Shown one piece after another: positions 9,100 through 19,900 of a stretch of DNA of 64,000 nucleotides (its first letter is position 1; each line of letters begins with the position of its first letter). Source of the DNA: a virus; the IMG/VR virus record IMGVR_UViG_3300045988_108551; one strand, given 5' to 3'. The notes beneath the pieces were generated by a model that saw only the letters and a program-made list of their open reading frames with translations, was not told the DNA's origin and did no database searches. The position numbers and the translations under genes were made by a program.

Positions 9100-9393
9100 A
9101 TGGTCAACGTCGATGGATCCAAGAGGATCTGGAAGCAGCCGGAAATAAAAGATATTTTTGAAAAGTGCGGAGCGAAGAAGCCGGATAAAGCGACATGGGG
9201 CGATGTCCAATATGTCTTTGCAATGTACTATTCGGATGGTTTTCCGAAGGTCTTCAAATGTGAGAACGAGTTGGTGAAAGCTACGTTAATGTATTTGGAT
9301 GATCCGGATGCTCCCGAAGGAGTAGCCTTTATAAGATGGCTTGCCGTGCAAGATTACCTCGGCGAAAAAATAAACTGGAAGGATCTGACCTGA
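9100..9393 (+). CDS. Hypothetical protein (97 aa)
   Basis: ATG at 9100. The frame is open from 9007, immediately after the in-frame TGA that ends the previous gene. Confidence 0.65.
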   Translation: MVNVDGSKRIWKQPEIKDIFEKCGAKKPDKATWGDVQYVFAMYYSDGFPKVFKCENELVKATLMYLDDPDAPEGVAFIRWLAVQDYLGEKINWKDLT

Positions 9394-9498
9394 GATCCAG
9401 GCCCAGGCCCTTCCGGTGGTGCGGGAGCCATAGTAAAAAATATGATTCCCGCATTCCCGTTTTTCCCGTTTGGAAAAAAAGGAATAAAAAAATGTTAT

Positions 9499-9540
9499 AC
9501 CGGTCGGCGGGCAATAGAATACCCGTGGCCGGTTTGTTTC
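9499..9540 (+). terminator. Terminator-like GC-rich hairpin with TTGTTTC tail
   Basis: ACCGGTCGGCGGG...CCCGTGGCCGGT imperfect stem followed by a T-rich tail; lies in a GC-rich noncoding islet. Confidence 0.4.
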
Positions 9541-9559
9541 ACATAACTTTTTTTTGGAT

Positions 9560-9736
9560 ATGAATATGGCACACGAATCTAAATCAAATAAAACCCCATT
9601 GTATTTAATAGGAGAGTTGATTGGCGTACCGAATACGGTTATGGACTCAGCATTGCATGAACTGAGAGATAGAATAGACAAAGACCCTAAATATAAAGAT
9701 GTTAAAAATTGGCTCGAGTCTTTACCCAAGATCTGA
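9560..9736 (+). CDS. Small hypothetical protein (about 58 aa)
   Basis: ATG two codons after the TTG at 9554; flanked by terminator hairpins on both sides. Confidence 0.5.
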   Translation: MNMAHESKSNKTPLYLIGELIGVPNTVMDSALHELRDRIDKDPKYKDVKNWLESLPKI

Positions 9737-9758
9737 ACCTATTTTTTTCAATACCAGG

Positions 9759-9793
9759 CCCGATGCGATTTTAACGTATCGGGTTTTTATTTT
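9759..9793 (+). terminator. Rho-independent terminator
   Basis: CCCGATGCG / CGTATCGGG 9-bp stem followed by TTTTTATTTT. Confidence 0.6.
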
Positions 9794-9863
9794 AATATAT
9801 ATTGTTTTATTTTAAATCTAATTAATTCATGAATGTCGTACATTTGTTGAAAAACTATTCTAT

Positions 9864-10091
9864 ATGGAAAATAAGGAAGATTACGTTGGTTACGAAGATC
9901 AAGAACTGTGTAACCGGTATTACAAAGAGGCTGACGCCATGAGACAAAAGCAGGACTGGTCTCGGCTTAGGGCTGTCCCTGCTCCGGCCAAGGGAACGCC
10001 ATCGCCCGGCTGGGGACAGCTTGGACGTGGAAATGATGTCCGTGTTAAGTATGTTAGCATCAATTCAGGATTAGGAGGGGACAGGTTATGA
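9864..10091 (+). CDS. Hypothetical protein (75 aa)
   Basis: ATG start; ATGA overlap with the next gene. Confidence 0.6.
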   Translation: MENKEDYVGYEDQELCNRYYKEADAMRQKQDWSRLRAVPAPAKGTPSPGWGQLGRGNDVRVKYVSINSGLGGDRL

Positions 10092-10303
10092 CCGTAGAAG
10101 AATTAGCTAATAAAAGATACGGTGGCGAATTTGTTTTCATGTTTGGTCATTTGGAAGGTGTAACAAGATTCGTTTTTGAATGTTTCGATCCCAGACCTGA
10201 TCACGAAGGTAAAAATACTTATATGGTTTCCTATTTTGATAAGCGCATCCGTAGAAGAGACGTAGTAGATGTGCCGTGTTATATGAATATTTTGCCAAAA
10301 TAA
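10088..10303 (+). CDS. Hypothetical protein (71 aa)
   Basis: ATGA start/stop overlap with the upstream gene. Confidence 0.6.
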   Translation: MTVEELANKRYGGEFVFMFGHLEGVTRFVFECFDPRPDHEGKNTYMVSYFDKRIRRRDVVDVPCYMNILPK

Positions 10304-10506
10304 TGAAAATATTAATCTTAAATGTACCTATATTTTCCGGTAATATTATTTCTCCTACCTGGATTAAAGCTGCAAGAGATTTCCAATCTAAATCGAAGGC
10401 AGAAAGAGATTCGTATTGTTCGGTTTGTGGATGTGCGGGAGGGTGTAACTTGTGCGATGATATAAGTAAATATAGGATTTCAGAACAACTAAAATATTAT
10501 ATATAA
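10303..10506 (+). CDS. Small Cys-rich hypothetical protein (about 67 aa)
   Basis: ATG in a TAATG stop-start overlap; CSVCGCAGGCNLC motif. Confidence 0.5.
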   Translation: MKILILNVPIFSGNIISPTWIKAARDFQSKSKAERDSYCSVCGCAGGCNLCDDISKYRISEQLKYYI

Positions 10507-10507
10507 T

Positions 10508-11140
10508 ATGGTTAGAATCGCATATTTCGGAACCGATGGCTGCCCCGGTCATCACGTTATTCCAATACGAGGTAAATTCACAGAAGAGGATATTAAGGTA
10601 ATAGAATCTGTAGATTGTGATGATTTCTATAAGGTGTTTGATGTCATGCGTTTTAAGATAGCTGAGTTTAAAGGATGGACGATATTGGGAATCCCGGCAA
10701 GCTTAGACGATCATAGACTTGGAAGCAAAACCGTTATCTTCATAGAAGGTAAAGCTAACGAAGCTAATTTTATGGAAGTCATACAAGAGTATTCTTTTCT
10801 TAAAAATAAGGTAAAGAAACTTGCCGAATTGTATCATGATGGAGAATGGCTTGCGACTGGTAAATTGAATCAAGATCCGCCTACTAACAAGGAGCGGTTT
10901 CAATTCACGTTAGACAAGGATGATATTATTAACATGATTAGGGGAGTCATTTTAGATCCTTATTCTGATGTGGCGAATGAAATGGAGAAAATCGGATTGG
11001 GATCATCATCTGATTCTTCATATGATGGTCCTACATGGTCTTGGTTTATTAACAAAGTAGATATTTGGCAGAATAATGCATGGAATGGTTTTTCTGCCGA
11101 GTTCTTATGGGGTTTGTATTGTAGGATAAAGAAAGTATAA
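10508..11140 (+). CDS. Hypothetical protein (210 aa)
   Basis: ORF packed 1 nt after the previous stop. Confidence 0.75.
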   Translation: MVRIAYFGTDGCPGHHVIPIRGKFTEEDIKVIESVDCDDFYKVFDVMRFKIAEFKGWTILGIPASLDDHRLGSKTVIFIEGKANEANFMEVIQEYSFLKNKVKKLAELYHDGEWLATGKLNQDPPTNKERFQFTLDKDDIINMIRGVILDPYSDVANEMEKIGLGSSSDSSYDGPTWSWFINKVDIWQNNAWNGFSAEFLWGLYCRIKKV

Positions 11141-11160
11141 CAACTAATTTAAAACAAATC

Positions 11161-12057
11161 ATGGAATTAAAAGATTTTAAAGATGTAGTTAGAGTGATGA
11201 CAAAAGAAGAGTTCGAATCAGCAATCAACGAAGATATTAAATTCGTTGAAAGATTTAAGCATTTTTTTAAACATGATGATGTTGCGAGGATAATAGAACA
11301 CGTAAAGTCAGTGTTAGAAGCATCAGTGGACTACTGCTATCCGAATCATCCTGAAGTAGAATTTGAAAAAGATTTTAATATACAATACGATGTCAATAAG
11401 ATCTTGAACAAATACGGCCACACCGAAATGGGTCTGTATAAAATACAGCTCTATGTAGAGAATATTTTGGGTAGTATTCAAAACAAGAAGCCTGTAGACA
11501 TGGGAGAAGTTTCTGACGGATACCATACTTTCAATGAATTGTATCGGTACCGTATGTTGTACAACGCCGCCTTCTTTAATCTATTAGCCAGAAACGGACA
11601 GGTTGAAGTTTGCAAATCAAGAAGGCACAGCGACGGAGAAAAATGCTTCGGTTCTGATGATTGGTTTATTGTGATGGCAATGTTACCCACTGGTCAGGTG
11701 TCTAATCACTATGAAAGCAAGTACTGGGATTTGTTTGATGTTCCAGAGAGAGAAACCTCTTTCGAATATGATGGTCATACACCAAATGAAGCCGCCGACA
11801 GACTTGAACAGTATCTTAATCAAAAGAAGTCAGGTTTAACATTTGAAGAAGCTTTTAAATTTCTGAAAGATGGTAATATGATCAAAAGACGTGGATGGAA
11901 AAATGAACATCTTGATGCTTTTAGAAGAAGTGGTGTTAGCTCAATTCATGTGGAAAAGTCATTGATCATAATTATAAATGAAGAAACACGGAGGCTGACA
12001 TCGTGGAACCCAAGTATAGAAGATATATCGTCAAATGATTGGGAGATTACGAAATGA
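11161..12057 (+). CDS. Hypothetical protein (298 aa)
   Basis: Long ORF with ATG start. Confidence 0.8.
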   Translation: MELKDFKDVVRVMTKEEFESAINEDIKFVERFKHFFKHDDVARIIEHVKSVLEASVDYCYPNHPEVEFEKDFNIQYDVNKILNKYGHTEMGLYKIQLYVENILGSIQNKKPVDMGEVSDGYHTFNELYRYRMLYNAAFFNLLARNGQVEVCKSRRHSDGEKCFGSDDWFIVMAMLPTGQVSNHYESKYWDLFDVPERETSFEYDGHTPNEAADRLEQYLNQKKSGLTFEEAFKFLKDGNMIKRRGWKNEHLDAFRRSGVSSIHVEKSLIIIINEETRRLTSWNPSIEDISSNDWEITK

Positions 12058-12329
12058 GTTTGTTTGTGTGTTCAAAATGTGGCTGTATAGATAATACAGC
12101 CACATCATATTACTGGGCTCTTATGAGACCTTGTAAGAATCGTATTTACGATAAGTCGCTAAAGGGATATGAAGGCAAGCCTCTTTGTTCTGAATGTGCC
12201 GCTATTGAATATAGTAGGGGAGGCGAAGTGGTGGTAGTTCCTGGAACGTGGCACGGTAAGTTCAAGAAAGAATGGCCTACTGAAGAAGAAAAGAAGCATA
12301 TTGGTAAAAACGGTATTTTAAATTATTGA
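12054..12329 (+). CDS. Cys-rich (zinc-ribbon-like) hypothetical protein (about 91 aa)
   Basis: ATGA overlap. CSKCGC ... CKN ... CSEC cysteine pairs. Confidence 0.6.
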   Translation: MSLFVCSKCGCIDNTATSYYWALMRPCKNRIYDKSLKGYEGKPLCSECAAIEYSRGGEVVVVPGTWHGKFKKEWPTEEEKKHIGKNGILNY

Positions 12330-12332
12330 TTT

Positions 12333-12638
12333 ATGTGTGATAAGGAAATTGTTGTATGTGCAGCTATATGGGTTCAAGATCACAAGAACAAGCCTCACGG
12401 TCCAGTAAATATACCATCTGGAACCGTATTTTGTGGATTGAGACACTGTTCCATAATATCGCAACTTGCGGCATACGGAATAGCTCATAAAAACCGCAGT
12501 GTTCAAGGATTTTTGACAAGCAAGAATCGGTTTTTAACAAGAGAAGAAGCATCTGAACTTGTTAGAAACAATAATCAGGAAATGGTAGTAGATAGGAGTG
12601 CTATTAGAGAACAATTGTATTCAGAAGATTTGTATTAA
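12333..12638 (+). CDS. Hypothetical protein (101 aa)
   Basis: ORF starts 3 nt after the previous stop. Confidence 0.65.
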   Translation: MCDKEIVVCAAIWVQDHKNKPHGPVNIPSGTVFCGLRHCSIISQLAAYGIAHKNRSVQGFLTSKNRFLTREEASELVRNNNQEMVVDRSAIREQLYSEDLY

Positions 12639-12655
12639 CTAAAAAATAAAACAAT

Positions 12656-13006
12656 ATGGGATTTATAATCAGAAAGTCAATATTTTATGATATGATGGAC
12701 GGCAATCAATTAAAGTATGAATTTGACAACAGGGATTTAGATCATATCACATTTAAAGGTGATGGTAAAGAATCTTTTTCATTTAACAGAGCACTTGTTG
12801 AAAATTTAATTGAGACATTTGAAACCATGCAGGATATATACTCCGATAATTATAGGCTTAAGGTTTATACTGGTAATTGCATAATTCAATTGAACGTAAA
12901 TCCAAAGGACCCCAGTGAATCCTTTTTTGACGTATATGATAGAGATGAGATGAAATTGATATACGGAATAAAGATCAGTATTCTGAAAGAAATGTTTATC
13001 ATATGA
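12656..13006 (+). CDS. Hypothetical protein (116 aa)
   Basis: ORF with ATG start. Confidence 0.65.
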   Translation: MGFIIRKSIFYDMMDGNQLKYEFDNRDLDHITFKGDGKESFSFNRALVENLIETFETMQDIYSDNYRLKVYTGNCIIQLNVNPKDPSESFFDVYDRDEMKLIYGIKISILKEMFII

Positions 13007-13320
13007 TTACCAAGCAGGACATACAAACAGCAGCATCGTATATTTTCCGAAGCAGTTTTGTCTCGGAGGACCAGGCAAGGAAAGCAATGGTAAAAGCCGG
13101 CAATAACGCTACCAAGATCCTCGTCAAGACCTTTAGAGGCAAGTTGTTCAAGAAAGCTTTTGAAAGAGCCCGTAGAGGAAAGGATATCAGTTCTTTTGAA
13201 AGACAGGAAAAAGAAAGTGGTTTCAATTTTCTACACAATCCTAATAATGGTCGTATGCAAAGTGGTCATATTATAATAGATGGAATTGGTCTTTTTAAAC
13301 AAATAATTCATGAAAGGTAA
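13003..13320 (+). CDS. Hypothetical basic protein (105 aa)
   Basis: ATGA overlap with the upstream gene. Confidence 0.6.
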   Translation: MITKQDIQTAASYIFRSSFVSEDQARKAMVKAGNNATKILVKTFRGKLFKKAFERARRGKDISSFERQEKESGFNFLHNPNNGRMQSGHIIIDGIGLFKQIIHER

Positions 13321-13480
13321 AAAAGTTGATATTCGTTTAGGCAGAGGTCTGGCGAATCAGATTAAGATAAACAAAACCATCCCAGTGTCTCATAAACCAA
13401 AAGAAGAACGTCGAATGATGTTTGTTTGTGGTGATGATATTGCTTCTCTTATAAAGCGGTTTGAAAACGAATCAAAGTAA
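13310..13480 (+). CDS. Small hypothetical protein (about 56 aa), possible small DNA-binding protein; coordinates approximate
   Basis: ATG overlaps the end of the previous gene in another frame (MKGKKVDIRLGRGLANQIKINK...). Ends 5 nt before a perfect terminator hairpin. Shorter than the 60-aa ORF-track cutoff. Confidence 0.35.
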   Translation: MKGKKVDIRLGRGLANQIKINKTIPVSHKPKEERRMMFVCGDDIASLIKRFENESK

Positions 13481-13484
13481 TATA

Positions 13485-13518
13485 AAGTCGGACATGTATC
13501 TTGTCCGACTTTTTTTAT
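13485..13518 (+). terminator. Rho-independent terminator (perfect 10-bp stem)
   Basis: AAGTCGGACA-TGTATCT-TGTCCGACTT followed by TTTTTTATAT. Confidence 0.7.
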
Positions 13519-13529
13519 ATATTTGTGGC

Positions 13530-13853
13530 ATGGCAAGAGGTTATTATTGGATACCACAAACAGATGAAACGTTAAATGGCAGAAGCTATTACGTAACTAA
13601 GGTAGTAGGAGATATAGTGTTTGATACTAAACGAAAAAGAATAGTGTTTCAAACTACCAGGTATTTCCCAGTAGGCTCCGTATTCCATTTTACTCACAAC
13701 TGCTTTAAATACGTCATAACCTGCCGGCTCCGTAAGCCTGGGCTGTGGTATGAGGCAAGGAGGGAAGACTGCGGACCTATTGGACCGGATGATGTGGAAA
13801 GGTTCGAATCAGGAAGGTTTATTCATAGAAATGGGTACAAATACAATGCATAA
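13530..13853 (+). CDS. Hypothetical protein (about 107 aa)
   Basis: The ORF-track start 13461 (TTG) overlaps the terminator hairpin; first ATG after the hairpin is taken instead (MARGYYWIPQ...). Confidence 0.6.
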   Translation: MARGYYWIPQTDETLNGRSYYVTKVVGDIVFDTKRKRIVFQTTRYFPVGSVFHFTHNCFKYVITCRLRKPGLWYEARREDCGPIGPDDVERFESGRFIHRNGYKYNA

Positions 13854-13905
13854 GCGTAACTTGACGATTTGCGTCAGATTATAATTTTTTTTCATATTTA
13901 TATTA

Positions 13906-13940
13906 AGCCGTCAGACTGGGAAGTTAGACGGCTTTGTTTT
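13906..13940 (+). terminator. Terminator-like hairpin with TTGTTTTT tail
   Basis: AGCCGTC...GACGGCT stem followed by a T-run. A second weaker hairpin plus a T9 run lies at 13862..13892. Confidence 0.45.
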
Positions 13941-13993
13941 TATCATGTGCCTGATTTTTAATTACCTTTGTCTCATAACAAAAATGTTTTACT

Positions 13994-16900
13994 ATGACAT
14001 CAACGTGTATTATTAAAAGAGATAATAAAAAGAAAGTTGTTTCTGTCTCTACCAGATCAGGGGACAGGTCTATGTTATTCGATAAGATAGCATCTATTCC
14101 TCTTATGGAAAATAGGGAACGGGCTACTACTGTTTTTAAAACCGTATTTTCTAATAAGTTCTTAAAGGCTTTTGGTGACTGGAGAAGGAATGTGCCTATC
14201 AACAAACAGGCTTACAATAAGGTAAAATCCAATATCGACCTTATTCCGGAAGCCTATAGAGAAAGGGTGCTGGATAAGGCTTCTAAGATGAGCAACCCTA
14301 TTCTTGTGTCGAAATCAGATGCACCTTATGGGATTCAAGAATCAGGCTTTGGATTCTATAGCCAGGATCTGGGTGATAATATTATGTTGGTGGATGCTAT
14401 GGTTCCGTCAGGTATTTCCATACCGGAAGGACCAGGAATAGACGCCGGCCAGTATCTACAAGATGCTATATCTTCGGACTTCACTCCCGTATCTATGGTA
14501 CAGGATAAGGGTGTTAATTATATGGTTATAAAAGACGGTCTTAAGATATTTAGCCCAGAAGAGCTACCACAGACAGATTCTAATCCTGTGGGTGTAACGT
14601 ATCAGACCGGAGAGCCTCGTTTGTTTTTCATGAACGATCGTAGTCAATTATTTGAAGATTACGGAGAAGCTCTTCGCTCTGGCGGAAATGATATTAGAAT
14701 AGGATTCTTATCAGGCACCGTTCAAGAATCTACCGTGGATGGCGTGGCAGACATTACTTACAAGGCTGGAAAGTATGTTCTTAATAATCCCAAATCTTTT
14801 ATACCGGTCATGACCGCTTCTGCTTCTACTTCTTTATCAACAAAAGGTGGTATAATTAACTACCTTATAAAGAAAGGTCTTTTGTCAGGATCTAAGATAT
14901 TCGATCCGGAAACAAGAAGCTATTATCTTACAGGAGAAGGTCATACAGGACAAATTAGACTTTTCAATTCAGCCTTATCATACACCGAGCTCCGTAATCA
15001 TTTTGGTTCCGATGTTTCCATGAACGACCAAGGTATGATAACCATAAGCTCGTTGGATAATAGTAATGTAACTATGAGGCTCGCCACCGGAGGAACGGAA
15101 AGGGTTAGCAAAGAGCAGATAAAGAACGATCTTAAGTCAGGAAGATACAATGAATTGGACGCCAAGTACGATCATTTTGATGCGCTTGTAGTTTCATTCA
15201 TATTAGAAGACAACGATCTTTATGCTGATACTAAAGCTAAGATCGTATCAGATTATAGCAGGCAGGAACGTGATCAACGAAATTCTATTGTCGAGATACT
15301 GAAAACTCTTGGCGTTAGTGTCATAGGTATGACCGATTATATAGAGAAGTACCAAACCAAATACGGGCACGAACCTTCTGCTAAGGCATTGGCGGATATT
15401 GCCAATAATGTAATAGCAGTTGGTGAAGATGCTACTTTATCTGATTTAGTAGAAGAAACAGCCCACTTTCTTGTAGAGGCATACAGAGATCAGAATGCTG
15501 TTGAGGCTGTTCTGCAAGATGTAGAAGGTACGGAAGAGTGGAACCAGTATGCAGGTCAGTATTATAATACATACGGTAAAGCGTATGAAGGAGCTGAGCT
15601 TGATAATGCTGTTAGGAGAGAAATTCTTGGAAAGATCCTCGCCAGGGAGATGCAGGCCGGCACAGCACAGGCGCCGGTAGAGCCCACCTCCTTCCTGGGG
15701 CGCGTCCGGCAGCTTTTCTCTGGAATCGTAAGCTGGCTTAAATCAGCTTTATCAACCCAAAGACAAGATTTGAATAACGTTATTAAAAACATTCGTGATC
15801 TTGCCATTACTGACATAGATAAAGGATTTGACACCTCTCTGTTAAAGGATAATGACTTTACATTATACTCCCTTTCTTCTATGAACAAGAACAAGTTTCT
15901 TGAGTCTAAGATCAGATCACTAAGAAAAACATTAAGAGACTTACGTCAGATAAGCTCTGATAGGGCTGTAACTACGTCTATGACCCTTGCGCAGCTTAAG
16001 ACCATAGAAGATAAGATAAATAAGGTAGAGACCGAAATAGACAAGAATGAGATGGCGGCTGCCATGAACAGCATGATCTCCACAGCCGAAGCTCAGGTCA
16101 GATACTTAAGCAATGTGGTGAACACCATCCTTCATGGTGATACCAAAGACGGCAAGCTTCACTTCAATACCAATGATCGAAAGAACGTAGATATTATCAA
16201 CAATCAGGTTCTTCCGATCATGAACGATCTTCGAGGATATATCCGTAACAGAAGTACCGAATTTGATGAACGTGAAAAGCAGGATTATACAAATAGGATC
16301 AACACCGTCATTGCCGACATCAATGGTATTCAGTCTGATATTAAATCAGTACAAGACCTTGATGAAAGTACGTTGCTTGATAAGTTAATGAACGAACTTC
16401 ATGTGCCGGCAGATAAGGTAAAGAGAGTAAAAGAATTTTTCGACAAGGTTCAACACGATGTTTCTTGGATAAGTAGGTGGTTTGGTATATTAGAGCATTC
16501 TTCCAGTCCGTTCAATAACGCTCTTGGAGCTATGATTGCCAAAGACAATTACAATGCGATGGTGAATGCCCAGCCCGCCATATCCGATTTCCTGGCATAT
16601 GCGAAAAAGCATGGTTTTAACAAATCTGAATTTGAAAAACTGCTTCAGAAAGTAGACGGAAAAACTTCTAATTACCTTCGTAGTGCTCTTGATATGGCTA
16701 AATACGATCGTAATAAGAAGCTGGCGCAGATGCGAGCGTTTGCGACTGCCATGAACATAGAGATATCAGAAGAAGAAATTGGTGATGTGGTTGACAATAA
16801 CCGTAATTACGTATTTAAAAGAGAAGTAGTTGACAAGGATGGAAATACGGTTACTGAAAACGCTAAATTCAAACCATCGTCTGATAGGGTTAATACCGAT

Positions 16901-19900
16901 ATTTTTACCATCGAGCAGGAAAAGATCTATACGGAACAGATGGAAAAGTGGGATGCTGAAAATTCGGAACTGGAATTTAGTGAAAGTTATGCCACAAGAA
17001 TGGAATCCATATACAAAAAGGCTGAAGAAGAATTAGGGCATCCAGTTTCTCAAACAACCAAAGAATACCTTAATGCTCTATCCAGGCAAAAACGGATACT
17101 GAGGCAGCCTTTTATTGATAGCGGTGGTAATTTTGATGAAGTTGCCTATTTTAAAAGCAGCAATTACGAAGAAGAAGGACTGCTTCGTAAACAACGTAAA
17201 GAAGCAGCTTCAGAATACATATATGTAGGAACCAGGAGAGTGGAAAAAACCGGCGACCAACTTAAGATGGCCAAAGAAATACAAGCTATAAATGAAGTTT
17301 GGAGAAAGGAATCAAATAATGTTACTAATGCCGTATCAGAATCGTTTTTGCAAAAATTGAGAGCGATTCAGAGCGAATCAGGAGGGGAAGCTGCATTGAG
17401 AACGCTTATGTTGGGTGGTCACCTGTCATTCAACGATCGGTTTTGGAATGATATAGAATCGGAACAGTCAGCGCGCACCGAATCAAATAACAAGGCTTCG
17501 TATCTCAAAATGGCGCATGATATCATTAGTTCTACGACAAGCGATAGAGATGCGACTGACGTGGATTCTATTGTGAAAGATATAGAAAAAAATAAGGCTA
17601 TTATCAAGGAAATAATCGGAAACAATCGCGATGTGGCTGATATCGGAGAAATTAACGAAGCAACATTTACCTCATCCGAAAGAGATGCTTTTAGGGCCGC
17701 ATCTGAAGCTATTGAAGCCGATTACGCTATTTTGATAGATTATGCTAAGATGGTGGGTCTTGAAGATATTGATAAGTACCTTACTAAAAGCAATAAGGCT
17801 GAAAACGAAGTAAATCAGTCTTATTTAAATGCTCTTGCTGACTCCAAGGAAGTGGAATGGAAGTTCGTACAACGTCATACTACGGCGAAGAAAGCAAAAA
17901 GGATTCAGGCTTTAAGGGATAAGCTGTTTAAGGCTGCTGATAACCGATATCTGTTTACCGTATCTGAAACCAACTACCTGTCAGAAAAGCTTGGTATAAG
18001 CAAAGAATTAGACGGTAGAGATTTTAGGAATGCTGTTAATGCTAAGATGGCCAGCTTGTTTTTAAATAATACAAGAGAAGAGGGTATAGAAGCTGACATA
18101 AAAGCGGGCATAGAAGAGGCCAATGCTATTGTTAATGAATTTGCCAGGAGCCAGGTCTTTTCGTACTATAAACGCATGGCGCCTACTGGATATGCGGCTA
18201 TGATCGACAAAATCGGTCGAGGTGAGATAGATGTGGCGCAGATGGTTAAGGACGTACAAAACGGTACATCCACCCAAGATTATGGCATGGATATATCGTA
18301 CCTTTCTTTCGATCCTGCAAGGGCATGGGTGGCTGAATCTGAAGCCGAAAATAGCGGCCGTAATCCTGATTATGTAAAAGATCATGGGTATGGTCATCGA
18401 ATGCCTAAGAAAAGCCTGTATCGTGATGAATCGTATTTCAATGACTTTGGCATCAAGTATGATGTTGACGGTAATGAGGTTGCTACTAAAAATGTAGAGC
18501 AGTGGAATATGATTCAAAAACTCAAGGAAATAAAAAGACAATCCCTTGATCTATACAAAGAGCAGAGCCCGAACCTGTATGCTATTCCACAGATATCAAA
18601 ACAAGACATAGAACGTATAGAAGGATTGGGTATTAACTTCAAAAATACGGTTCGTAATTTTGTATCAGATCTGTGCCTGGACAGAGTAGACGATTCTCTA
18701 TATGGTAAGACCAGGCAAGGAGAAGTGTATGATCCGGAAGACAGACTTAGGTCTATACCTAAATACTACATATATGAATTGGAGAACCAGGATGATGTAT
18801 CTCACGATTTTGGCTACTCTTATTCGATGCTTATGATGCAGTCATCGTTATACAACGAAAAGCAGAAGTCTATAGAGCTCGCTCAAGGACTGGAGCAGAT
18901 GTTACTGAATAAACAATTTGAAGGTGGTAAAAAGGCTGAAGCAACCCAAGCATATCAGATGTTCAGGGACTTCTTCAACGATCATTATTATGGCATTAGG
19001 ATGAACACCAAAAAACTTACGGTGAACATCGGAGGATATACGGTAGACCTTACAAGAATTATGATGGCTGTTGAAAGATTTATGTCGGTCATGAACTTGG
19101 CACTGTCCCCGTTTGTGGCAGCTACCGGCGCCTTAACAGGTCATATCAACCTCATCATGGAATCTGCCGTAGGACAGTATATAAGTAAAGATTCCCTTAA
19201 ATACGCATCGGCTGAATTTTCACGCCTTGCTCCATCTTGTATAGCAGAAACCGGAGACATAGATAGGAAAAGCAAATTATATGTCATAGGTGAGAGAATG
19301 GGGATATTCAATATCCGAAATCGTATGTATGGTGCCGGATACAATAGAGTGGCCAGGACCTTAATGCGTTCACCTATGTATGCTTTTATGGAAATCCTGA
19401 ACTACCCTCTTGATCCGCAGGTTATGATTGCTACTATGGACAATGTTCGTTATTACAAAGGTCGGTTCTACACGTTCCAAGATTTCAAGATGGAAAAAGA
19501 ACGCAATAAAGAACAGAGTACCATAAAAAGAGAATGGAATGCATTAAAAGATCGTACTTTATGGAGTATGGTAGACGTCGTGGATGGGAAGGTGGTTGTA
19601 AAGCCAGGATCGGGTGTTACTGTTGAGGAAGTTGAAACCCAGATGGCTATAACCAGGAATCAAGTCCGTAGCTTGTCGCAGATATGTAACGGATCTTTGA
19701 ATGAAGAAAACCGAACTGCCGCATCGCGCAACTGGATAGCCAGGTTCATGACCGCCCACCGAGGATGGTTGGTGCTGGCGGCTCAACGTCTGTGGAAAAG
19801 ACGTGGCTTCAATTTCCAAACAATGCAAGAAGAGGAAGGGTTGTCAATTACGTTAAAGAATATGATAGCCAAAACATTTAGCCTGGCTTCCGAGTCTGGT

